From positions 1 through 53,610 of IMG/VR virus record IMGVR_UViG_3300021426_000022: a stretch of DNA of 53,610 nucleotides; one strand, written 5' to 3'. The first letter of the stretch is position 1, and each line of letters opens with the position of its first letter. The notes beneath the pieces were generated by a model that saw only the letters and a program-made list of their open reading frames with translations, was not told the DNA's origin and did not search any database. The translations under genes were made by a program, and so were the position numbers. Origin of the DNA: a virus. Of this stretch, positions 23,041 through 30,373 are shown one piece after another.

Positions 23041-23058
23041 GACGACATTTTGACGACC
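23041..23058. repeat. Third copy of the arm-type element GACGACATTTTGACGACC
   Basis: Identical to 22797-22814 and lies on the opposite side of the tRNA-derived core. Confidence 0.85.
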
Positions 23059-23227
23059 ACTCTTTACCACTCAATTCGTTCGAGTTCACTCGTATAAACT
23101 CATATCCGCACTCGATTCCATGATATTTATTATCGGTTTCATGATATTTAATATCATTTTCTGGTATTTGATAATATTTCCCCACACAACTTCGCAAGCA
23201 GGGCAACGGTATATACCCGGCGCAAAA

Positions 23228-23260
23228 TTGCAATAAAGTTGCAATAAAGTTGCAAGCAGT
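23228..23260. repeat. 11-bp tandem repeat x3 (TTGCAATAAAG x2, then TTGCAAGCAGT)
   Basis: Read directly. Followed by the inverted repeat TAAATTGAT-5-ATCAATTTA at 23262-23284. CATGATATTTA also occurs twice, 21 bp apart (23119 and 23140). Confidence 0.85.
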
Positions 23261-23390
23261 GTAAATTGATATCAAATCAATTTATTTTGGGAGAACCCAA
23301 ACCCCGAAGAGGCTGAACAATTATCTTTCGTATTTCATGCAAAAATACAAAGCTTATTTGTATCTTGCGATATTCAAGTGCTATTCAAAA

Positions 23391-23423
23391 GTTAGTCAAA
23401 TGTTAGTCAAATGTTAGTCAACC
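23391..23423. repeat. 11-bp tandem repeat x3 (GTTAGTCAAAT x2, then GTTAGTCAACC) overlapping the endolysin stop codon
   Basis: Read directly. The third unit contains the TAA at 23414-23416. Confidence 0.85.
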
Positions 23424-25723
23424 AGCTTCAGAACATCCTCGCCGCTGAGATACTGTGTACCGAGTGCCGCAGCAAGACCGCTGCCGAATTTGCCAGGATA
23501 CTCCACTCCCTGCGGATCGCGTCCAAGGCAGTAGCAGATAATCTCGACGGCCGTGACCATCTTCTGAGATTCGCCGAGCTTGATGTAATGCCCGTGGAAC
23601 GCAGCTCTTGTCTTCGGTCCGATGATTCCGTCTTCTGTGAGTCCTGCCTGCCAGTCAAGATTGGCCGCCCTCTGAAGGCATCTGACCATGTTGCGCGTCG
23701 TCTCTGCTCCGCGGATCCCGTCGACCTCGATAGACACGCCGGTGAAATTGATGCTGTGCTCCTGCCCTTTTTTGACAAGAAGTTTTCTCTCATCAATGAA
23801 CGGAAGCCTGTAAGCTGCTTCGAATGCGTAAATGCCTTCTATGAAGGGCTGAGAGCCTCTCAGGCGGTCGTTGCTTCCCCCGTCGTATCTTTCCCACATG
23901 TTACCCTTTTTGTTGCCAAGGATGCACACATGTCCATGGCTAAACTTGATAATATCGCCGGCAGCAATCTTATTCTTATCCGTGATTCTTACGGCACCCT
24001 TTGAAAGCAGATACTTTTCAAGAGCGCCAATATTACGATTACCAACATCGGTAAGTCCGCAAGCGTAAAGTGTCTGATCAATGAACCTGTCGCAGGATGT
24101 CATCTTGCAAATCGGATAAACCGAAGGAAGGGCAGGAGCATTTCCATACTTCCATCCATTATCACGGACAAGCTTAGCAACTTTCGATGCTTCACCAAGG
24201 AACTCTTTTACTGTTTTCTTGAAAGATGACGCCTTTGCCTTCTTCACAAGATCTGTGAGGGCCTTGTCTGACTGCTCACCGTAAATGCCGTCTACCTCAA
24301 GTCCACATGCTTCCTGAAGCATGACAACGCTCTTCTCCGTTCCGGATCCGAAGTCACCGTCTACGAAATTCTGAGATGTATAATATGCGCAGTCAACAAA
24401 TCCTACGAGCTGAAGATTCTCCTGCAGGGTCCTTACCTCATCTCCGCTGTTCCCGCGTCTCAATGTCACGAAGGAATTGACGTCTTCATACATCGGTCTG
24501 CCGAATCCTGCAACACGATTGCCGCCGCCCACATTCGCATAGCTGTAAGAGTGCCTTGCAACGCATCCTCCGTTCGTAGTGAATCCGTCTGAATTGGTAT
24601 TGCCTTCAATCGTGTAGACGGTTTTGCTTGCAGTATCGACCTTCTCGACATATCCGACATGACAGATTCTTCCCATCGAAGAACTGTAGAAATAGATTAC
24701 ATCACCCTTCTGAGGTGTTTTATACCATCTTCCGGCCTGCTTGAAATATCCGCTGCCATCCGGAGTATAACCTGTCATGTAGTTTCCGCTGTTCGTCTGG
24801 CAGAGGAGTTTTTTGGCTTTCGTAATACTGCCCATGACTTCTACCGCGATACCGTCTACAAAGTACTGGCACCACTGATCACCGTTACCGGCTCCTGCAA
24901 GTTCCTGAAACTTCTGGAAGTTTCCGCTTCCTGCATCGGCGGTAAAGTTCTCCATATCGGCAGATGCATGATTCTTTTCGCGGTAGCCGACATAGTGTGC
25001 CGCTCTTTCAATAATCTTATCAGCTGTAGTTCCCATTGCTGTCTCCTTTTTCGTTTCGGCCTGCTCGCCGTCTTTCAGGTCAGCATACTTACCGATGAAC
25101 TCCACGCACTTCACATGCCTGCTCCAATACTTGCTTGAACCGACTCCGTTTTTCTTGTAGTAGTTGTCCGCCTGGTCCTTTTTAAGGACTTCAAGCCACT
25201 CACTGCACGAATACCCGGCATCCTTTGGAAAACGCTCAAATACGCGAAGTACGGCGCTCTTACCGCCAAGATGCTGGACTTCCGCCCACATCATCTGACC
25301 TTCTACATTCTTCACGCCGTTCTCTTCGGCTCTTGCGATATACTTTTTCAATCTCTCCTGAAAGACATATTCAGATGCTTCATGGCCTGCATCGGTCGCC
25401 AGTAGCTTGAGCAGGATCGCTTTCTGTTTTCCACTCGGATTCCAGCGCGTCCCCGTCCACGATACAGAGAGCTTTACGTGGACAATGCCCTTCGGGTCGC
25501 ACTGTCTGAATACATCCCTGTGATGGTCCCAGATGTACTGCACAAGTTCCTGAGCCTCGTCCCCGTATGCCTGATAGGGTCCGAGGGTGCAAGTCACTTC
25601 TGCGGAAGAATTTGTTCCTGCGCCGGCGTACGCTGTCCAGTCTCTTGCCTCGCTGTAAACCTGTCCGCCACTTTCAACAGCTGCTATGATGTTTGAAAGT
25701 ACATGTAAATTCTTTTTATTCAT
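23414..25723 (-). CDS. Multidomain endolysin (769 aa): lysozyme/SLT-like N-domain, CHAP, a second Cys-His peptidase-like domain and three PG_binding_1-like repeats
   Basis: AVESGG...GPYQ (GH23-like). CHAP signature QWCQYF...ICHVGYV...IEGNT. PG-binding segments LRRGNSGDEVRTLQ...DGDFG and DGIIGPKT. Second pair CDRFID...HGHVCIL. Confidence 0.85.
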   Translation of the reverse strand: MNKKNLHVLSNIIAAVESGGQVYSEARDWTAYAGAGTNSSAEVTCTLGPYQAYGDEAQELVQYIWDHHRDVFRQCDPKGIVHVKLSVSWTGTRWNPSGKQKAILLKLLATDAGHEASEYVFQERLKKYIARAEENGVKNVEGQMMWAEVQHLGGKSAVLRVFERFPKDAGYSCSEWLEVLKKDQADNYYKKNGVGSSKYWSRHVKCVEFIGKYADLKDGEQAETKKETAMGTTADKIIERAAHYVGYREKNHASADMENFTADAGSGNFQKFQELAGAGNGDQWCQYFVDGIAVEVMGSITKAKKLLCQTNSGNYMTGYTPDGSGYFKQAGRWYKTPQKGDVIYFYSSSMGRICHVGYVEKVDTASKTVYTIEGNTNSDGFTTNGGCVARHSYSYANVGGGNRVAGFGRPMYEDVNSFVTLRRGNSGDEVRTLQENLQLVGFVDCAYYTSQNFVDGDFGSGTEKSVVMLQEACGLEVDGIYGEQSDKALTDLVKKAKASSFKKTVKEFLGEASKVAKLVRDNGWKYGNAPALPSVYPICKMTSCDRFIDQTLYACGLTDVGNRNIGALEKYLLSKGAVRITDKNKIAAGDIIKFSHGHVCILGNKKGNMWERYDGGSNDRLRGSQPFIEGIYAFEAAYRLPFIDERKLLVKKGQEHSINFTGVSIEVDGIRGAETTRNMVRCLQRAANLDWQAGLTEDGIIGPKTRAAFHGHYIKLGESQKMVTAVEIICYCLGRDPQGVEYPGKFGSGLAAALGTQYLSGEDVLKLVD

Positions 25724-25740
25724 CCTTTTTCCTCTCCAAA

Positions 25741-25773
25741 TTAAAAAAGACGGAGGAACAAGTCCTCCGTCTT
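25741..25773 (-). terminator. Strong intrinsic terminator between holin and endolysin
   Basis: The minus strand reads AAGACGGAGGA-cttgt-TCCTCCGTCTT-TTTTAATTT. The endolysin SD GGAGAGGAAAAAGG follows directly. Confidence 0.75.
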
Positions 25774-25783
25774 GGTTATCATT

Positions 25784-26269
25784 TTACATACCTTCCGCAC
25801 CTGTGCCGGTATCGTCTATCTTGTCTTTCAGTATTGCGATATATTTTACGAGCCAGTCCGGTACATCAGCTCCCATGCGTCCAGAATTTTCAATGATGGA
25901 CAACATCTCGTTAAGTAAGAACCATGATGTTACCAGGAGCGAAAAAAGTGTCGTGATCGGCGGATTAAGTTGCATCTTAATTGCAAGTGTTGCAACAATA
26001 TAATCAAGTACCATCGACACGACGATTATACAAATGATGCCGAACTTTTTGATTATCCCATTAAAGCCAATGGCACTTGACCACCCGTATGCAGGATCAC
26101 CCGGATGATCGATAGCTTCCTTCTTTGCGGCAAGCATGCCGGAAACATAATCGATCACCATCATGAGGACAAGAAGTCCAATCAGCGGGATGAGAATACC
26201 AAGTTTGCCAGATACATAGGCGATTGCCGCGCTGACTACGCCGGCAACCAATAAATACGTTTCTTTCAT
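25784..26269 (-). CDS. Holin (Phage_holin_4_1 / TcdE-like family)
   Basis: 161 aa with several TM segments. Signature MMVIDYVSGMLAAKKE...LNEMLSIIENSGRMG. Position immediately upstream of the endolysin. Confidence 0.85.
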   Translation of the reverse strand: MKETYLLVAGVVSAAIAYVSGKLGILIPLIGLLVLMMVIDYVSGMLAAKKEAIDHPGDPAYGWSSAIGFNGIIKKFGIICIIVVSMVLDYIVATLAIKMQLNPPITTLFSLLVTSWFLLNEMLSIIENSGRMGADVPDWLVKYIAILKDKIDDTGTGAEGM

Positions 26270-26403
26270 GTAATACCTCCGTTAGTAATTTATGCCCTGT
26301 CGGGCTATCATCCTGACTTGCCATTATTGCAACGCAGACACCTTCGCATTTTGTCCGCCCATGTGAAAATCCTTCTAATATAACCGTCTGCATGGACAGG
26401 ATT

Positions 26404-26457
26404 TTATAACCTTCGTTTTTTGAAGCATGAAAAATGCCCGTTTTGCGAAGGTTATAA
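26404..26457. repeat. 12-bp perfect inverted repeat TTATAACCTTCG / CGAAGGTTATAA with a 30-nt spacer
   Basis: Read directly, in the 417-bp non-coding gap upstream of the holin gene. Confidence 0.85.
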
Positions 26458-26480
26458 GGCTGTTTATTGCGAAGATAAAG

Positions 26481-26540
26481 CGTTACAATGCGTTACAATG
26501 CGTTACAATGCGTTACAATGCGTTACAATGCATTACAAAG
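26481..26540. repeat. 10-bp tandem array: CGTTACAATG x5 perfect plus one degenerate unit (CATTACAAAG)
   Basis: Read directly. One unit per helical turn. On the transcribed strand each unit reads CATTGTAACG (contains TTGTAA). Confidence 0.95.
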
Positions 26541-26686
26541 ATATCAGCGAGCACACTGATAAAACGAGAATGTAAAATCCTATGGATATCAAATCGCCTG
26601 CTGTCTGGGATGCATCCCCTATGAGGATTCCATGCACCCCAAACAGTAAGAACGCAAAAGCTGATATCATGCCGATGGCGGCAAAC

Positions 26687-27115
26687 TCAGCCAACTTCTA
26701 CCCATCCGTACACCCCCGGCTCCCAGACATTTCTGCCTTTGCCATCTTCTGTATCTTCCACAATGCTCTCCCAAGTCTTGCCGTTGTGGGTAACTCTGTC
26801 ACCCTTCTTGTAAGGATTCGTGCTGTCGGGCTGTACCCACTCACCGATATCTGTTCCGTCCTGTCCCGGCAAAATCTCAGCAAAGAGAGACGGAGCCGTG
26901 CCGGGAGCCCATCCAGCCTGTGACGTGTGTGCCTGTAAAATCTTGTACAGCGTGCCGTCATAGGTCACGCGCTCACCCGCTTCATATGCTTTGCCCGGCT
27001 CCCATGCCTTATAAAGGTCAGGCACCTCGGCAGCCTGCTCATCCGTAAGGACACTGCGGGCGGCCTGCACGGCGCTCAGGCCGTGCATGATCTTATCTTT
27101 ACTCCCCTGTCTCAT
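26687..27115 (-). CDS. Protein with two CBM5/12-type (chitin/carbohydrate-binding) modules
   Basis: YKAWEPGKAYEAGERVTYDGTLYKILQAHTSQAGWAPGTAPSLF and YKKGDRVTHNGKTWESI...VWEPGVYGW match the AW..G..Y..GD.V.Y.G..Y......H.S...W.P pattern. Confidence 0.75.
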   Translation of the reverse strand: MRQGSKDKIMHGLSAVQAARSVLTDEQAAEVPDLYKAWEPGKAYEAGERVTYDGTLYKILQAHTSQAGWAPGTAPSLFAEILPGQDGTDIGEWVQPDSTNPYKKGDRVTHNGKTWESIVEDTEDGKGRNVWEPGVYGWVEVG

Positions 27116-27623
27116 TTGCGAACACCTCCTCTGCCTTGGCTACGACATCCATGATGTCGTCGTACTCGCTCTGTGTAAGCGTTACCTGGTCGGACGGCTC
27201 TTCCGGGAGAATTTCCGGCGTACCGTGCGTAATAGAAACGCCGCTGTAAAAAGACTTAAATGTCCCTACCGAAAGGCTGTACCGGCCACGATCCGGATTG
27301 CAGATAACAACATCGCCCTTGTCATCCTTGCCACAGAAAACGCAAAAATGATTGTACTTCCACCAGACGATAGCGGGCCTATCCTGATTGATCAGCTCAT
27401 CGACCTGTTCATCTGTGCTGTCTGCCCATATCTGTATATCAAGACCATGCGCGATTCCGGTCCGCTTGATGTCCCGCGCCGTGCATCCGCGCAGCCTCAC
27501 GTTGCACTCCCTATTAAGTTGCTCCAGGCTGACCGATATTCCATAGTACTCCAGGAGCATCTTGAGGCACGTCGGCCCGCAGTCGAGATGTATCTGGGAT
27601 GTGATAGGTTTTACATCGAACAT
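27099..27623 (-). CDS. Stand-alone C39-like cysteine peptidase (bacteriocin-processing peptidase fold)
   Basis: QIHLDCGPTCLKMLLEYYG (catalytic Cys), WWKYNHFCVFCG (His), VVICNPDRG (Asn/Asp). SD is AAGGAGGGCGAAA-ATG. Confidence 0.72.
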   Translation of the reverse strand: MFDVKPITSQIHLDCGPTCLKMLLEYYGISVSLEQLNRECNVRLRGCTARDIKRTGIAHGLDIQIWADSTDEQVDELINQDRPAIVWWKYNHFCVFCGKDDKGDVVICNPDRGRYSLSVGTFKSFYSGVSITHGTPEILPEEPSDQVTLTQSEYDDIMDVVAKAEEVFANETGE

Positions 27624-27634
27624 TTTCGCCCTCC

Positions 27635-27808
27635 TTATCTCTTGGGATCGGCTTTCTTTGTTACGAGCGGGAGCGGGTTGTCAATCGTGTACTGGCAATG
27701 TTCCGCGAGCTTCACTCCCTCATCGTCAAGAGGGATGACTCCATCCCTCTTAATCTCCGACTCTTTTTCTTTCTGGATCGCTTCCATGACTTCAAGTTCT
27801 TTATCCAT
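27635..27808 (-). CDS. Small hypothetical protein (57 aa; XkdX-position ORF)
   Basis: Below the ORF-track cutoff. TAAGGAGGAAAT-ATG; hand translation gives MDKELEVMEAIQKEKESEIKRDGVIPLDDEGVKLAEHCQYTIDNPLPLVTKKADPKR. Confidence 0.55.
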   Translation of the reverse strand: MDKELEVMEAIQKEKESEIKRDGVIPLDDEGVKLAEHCQYTIDNPLPLVTKKADPKR

Positions 27809-27817
27809 ATTTCCTCC

Positions 27818-28189
27818 TTACATGAAGAAAGTGAATCCCCCCACTTTGAGGGGCTCGCTGTAATTTACTCTGGATATCTCTTCATAGCGCAGCATCTCTT
27901 CACTCTTGTCGCAGACGTGCGGTACATCCTCGACCGTGTACTCATCTATCTGCATGGTCTGATACTGGATATACTGCGTCTGCGGATTATACTCCGGCAG
28001 ATCATCCCGCTCCGGGCGCATATGCTTGATCCATCCGAGACGCTTCCTCTCTTCCGGATGTTCGTCGAGCCATGCCGGGACGTTAAAGACAGCTTTGCCA
28101 ATTTCTCCAGTGACCGACCCGTCGTAGTCATTCCTCGGGCACTCTTCGACCGACAGATCCGCTTTCATTCTCTCGTAAGTCCATCTCAT
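27818..28189 (-). CDS. Hypothetical protein (123 aa) downstream of the fibre gene
   Basis: Start moved to the ATG (MRWTYERMKADL...) behind GGAGGATTAAAGCAC. Confidence 0.6.
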   Translation of the reverse strand: MRWTYERMKADLSVEECPRNDYDGSVTGEIGKAVFNVPAWLDEHPEERKRLGWIKHMRPERDDLPEYNPQTQYIQYQTMQIDEYTVEDVPHVCDKSEEMLRYEEISRVNYSEPLKVGGFTFFM

Positions 28190-28194
28190 GTGCT

Positions 28195-30357
28195 TTAATC
28201 CTCCACAAAGCTTGTATGTGTATTCAGCGCGCTCCAAACTTTTGCCCCGTCAATAAAGCTGTAATGCAGGTGCAGCAGGTTTATGCCTTTGGTTGCATTC
28301 GGGGTATTATTGGTCGCAATCTTGACATTTTCTGACGGGGTGAGTGTCGTGCTGTAACTGCCGTTGTGCCTGAATTGGAAATCAAACCACGCGCCGTAGT
28401 TTTCGCCGTCCTCGATAACCGGCAGGACGATCTCCATCGGGCAATCAATTGTCTCATCGAACCGATACGTGACATTCCTGGTCATTCCTTCGACGCGCAG
28501 AAGCTCGTGCTCCATGTATACCGGTATCGGATCGCCGACAGCTACATCAGCCACCATGTACTCAGTGCCGAGATTGATGTAATATGTTACGCCGTCAGCA
28601 AAAGTGTCTTCCAGTGCCTGCGGCCAGGTGATGACCTCTATATGATACTCAACGTCCGGAATATTTTCGCCCGGCACAACATCTGTTTCAGCATATACGC
28701 CTGCCGTTGCAGTGTAGTAAGTCACATCTTCAGAAAATACACCTGTCTCTTTCTGATATCTTGTTACCTGCTCGTAGTACATGTTGTCTTCAAATACTGT
28801 AGCAGATGTGATCTCAGCCTCAACGTAAGAATCGCCGGAAGCGATGTAGTACGTTTTACCCTTTGAGAACCGCTTGTCGCTCGTGAGCTCATAGCTTATA
28901 ACCTGCGTATAGTACGCTGTGGGAATCTCCTCACCTGCGATGACGGCCACCTGCTCATTAACCCCGTTCTGTTCGAGATAGTAGGCTGTGCCAACAAACT
29001 CACCCGCTGCCTCTGTCCACGTATCTACATAATAGGTGTTCTTGGCATATGATGCGCCCACTGTAACTTCTTGGTATTCGTATACTCCGTCAACAAGTTT
29101 GTAGTATCTTGTGTCGGCTGCAAATTTACCCGCTGCCGTCAGCTTGGTGTATGTATGTGTAAAATACTCACCCTCCGGGATTTCTTCACCTGCCTTGACT
29201 GCGGCTCGCGAATATCCCAAATCGCTCTCATCGGGCGTCCAATATTCTGTCCCGACAAACTTAGCTGTCCCCGGGAGCGGATAAGTGTAAAGCTTCGTAA
29301 CGTATGCACAAACCTCACCCGCCTTTACGGCGATCTGCTCGTAAGTATCGCCCGTCACTCTGTAGTATGCCTTGCCAGCAAAATATCCACTCGCAAGCGT
29401 CCACTGGTCAACGTAGTATGTCGATGCCGGGATTTCTTCCCCCACGACAACCTCAGCCGGTGTGTAAACGGTACCTTCTTTCGTGTAGTAGTTCGTGCCG
29501 TCAACAAAAACATTGTCTTCTGTTATAACGTAGGAGTGTGTGTAATAGGTATCAGCCGGGATAGGCGTCCTTGCTTTAACTGCCGCCTGTACATATTCGC
29601 CGTTTTCCATTACATAGTATTTTGTTCCGCTGAATGTAAGATCTGCTGAACGTCTATATACCCATGTTGCATAAGGAGCAAGGTCATACACATAGTATGT
29701 CGTGCGGTAGTCCAGGTTGCGGACTGCAAGGTCGGTAGCCTTAAAGATATAGGTCTCCGTATATGCCCCCCAGTTAATGGTCACGGCCTTGCTCATTGAC
29801 GCGACCTCAAATCGTACGGCGATATCTACATGGTCATTGCCCGCTGTGATGATAGCCCCGTCGGCTCCATCCACGGTCACACCCGCCTCGATAGCCTCGC
29901 CGTCCTTGGTGAGCACTCTGGCAAAAATGTACCAGCCTGTCTCCGTGATGCCATATGCCGCGTACTGCGTGACGTCCCCGACGTATGCCGGCACGCCCAC
30001 GGCCTCGATGACCGACCCGCTTGCAAGCTGAGTCTCAGTGAGCGAGAGCACTCTCGCGTTATTGACCTGCGACGCAATCGCGGCGTCGAGAGCGGCAGAA
30101 AGGTCCATAGAGCCGGAAGAGGTTTTTCCTGCACCTCCCGCCTGTGCGCTCCATTTACCTCCCTCTTCATCGTACATGTACGCCTTCCCGGTATCGATCT
30201 CGATAAAGGTCGACCCGTTCCGGATCCGAATGCCCTTGTATTCCGCCACGGGTTTTGTATCTGTCGAGAGCCCGGCAAGAGTAAAAAGCTCCCGGCTCTT
30301 CGCAACTCCGTCAACAATTTTGTATGGTGCCGGGGTCGAAGAAATAATTGAAATCAT
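28195..30357 (-). CDS. Tail fibre / distal tail protein containing nine tandem ~41-46-aa YY repeats
   Basis: 720 aa at the end of the tail module. Repeats follow the pattern xxYYxxxxGxYxxxxVxxGEEIPxxxYY between aa 243 and 614. Confidence 0.75.
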   Translation of the reverse strand: MISIISSTPAPYKIVDGVAKSRELFTLAGLSTDTKPVAEYKGIRIRNGSTFIEIDTGKAYMYDEEGGKWSAQAGGAGKTSSGSMDLSAALDAAIASQVNNARVLSLTETQLASGSVIEAVGVPAYVGDVTQYAAYGITETGWYIFARVLTKDGEAIEAGVTVDGADGAIITAGNDHVDIAVRFEVASMSKAVTINWGAYTETYIFKATDLAVRNLDYRTTYYVYDLAPYATWVYRRSADLTFSGTKYYVMENGEYVQAAVKARTPIPADTYYTHSYVITEDNVFVDGTNYYTKEGTVYTPAEVVVGEEIPASTYYVDQWTLASGYFAGKAYYRVTGDTYEQIAVKAGEVCAYVTKLYTYPLPGTAKFVGTEYWTPDESDLGYSRAAVKAGEEIPEGEYFTHTYTKLTAAGKFAADTRYYKLVDGVYEYQEVTVGASYAKNTYYVDTWTEAAGEFVGTAYYLEQNGVNEQVAVIAGEEIPTAYYTQVISYELTSDKRFSKGKTYYIASGDSYVEAEITSATVFEDNMYYEQVTRYQKETGVFSEDVTYYTATAGVYAETDVVPGENIPDVEYHIEVITWPQALEDTFADGVTYYINLGTEYMVADVAVGDPIPVYMEHELLRVEGMTRNVTYRFDETIDCPMEIVLPVIEDGENYGAWFDFQFRHNGSYSTTLTPSENVKIATNNTPNATKGINLLHLHYSFIDGAKVWSALNTHTSFVED

Positions 30358-30373
30358 CCGTCCTTACCTCCTT

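Larger units (their letters stand above)
22736..23423. other. attP region: tRNA-derived core flanked by several families of phased direct repeats
   Basis: About 680 bp with no convincing ORF between the int stop and the endolysin stop. Contains a tRNA-Lys 3' half, its terminator, and the arm-type repeat families listed separately. Confidence 0.75.

Noticed and set aside
22956-23070. Complete tRNA-Lys gene in the attP region (and ORFs 22846-23097 plus, 22876-23070 minus)
   Set aside because: Only the anticodon loop to 3' acceptor part is present. The sequence upstream (aaggcggttaag) cannot form a D arm or a 5' acceptor strand. The ORFs crossing it translate the tRNA fragment and terminator, so they are spurious.
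23414-25723. Endolysin as two fused or mis-joined genes because of its 769-aa length
   Set aside because: It is a single uninterrupted frame with an ordered catalytic/binding domain series. There is no internal SD-ATG at the domain borders by eye, so it is treated as one multidomain lysin.
26481-26540. Possible CRISPR array (regular short repeats)
   Set aside because: The units are 10 bp and directly abutting, with no spacers. This is a tandem repeat, not repeat-spacer architecture. No cas genes are present.
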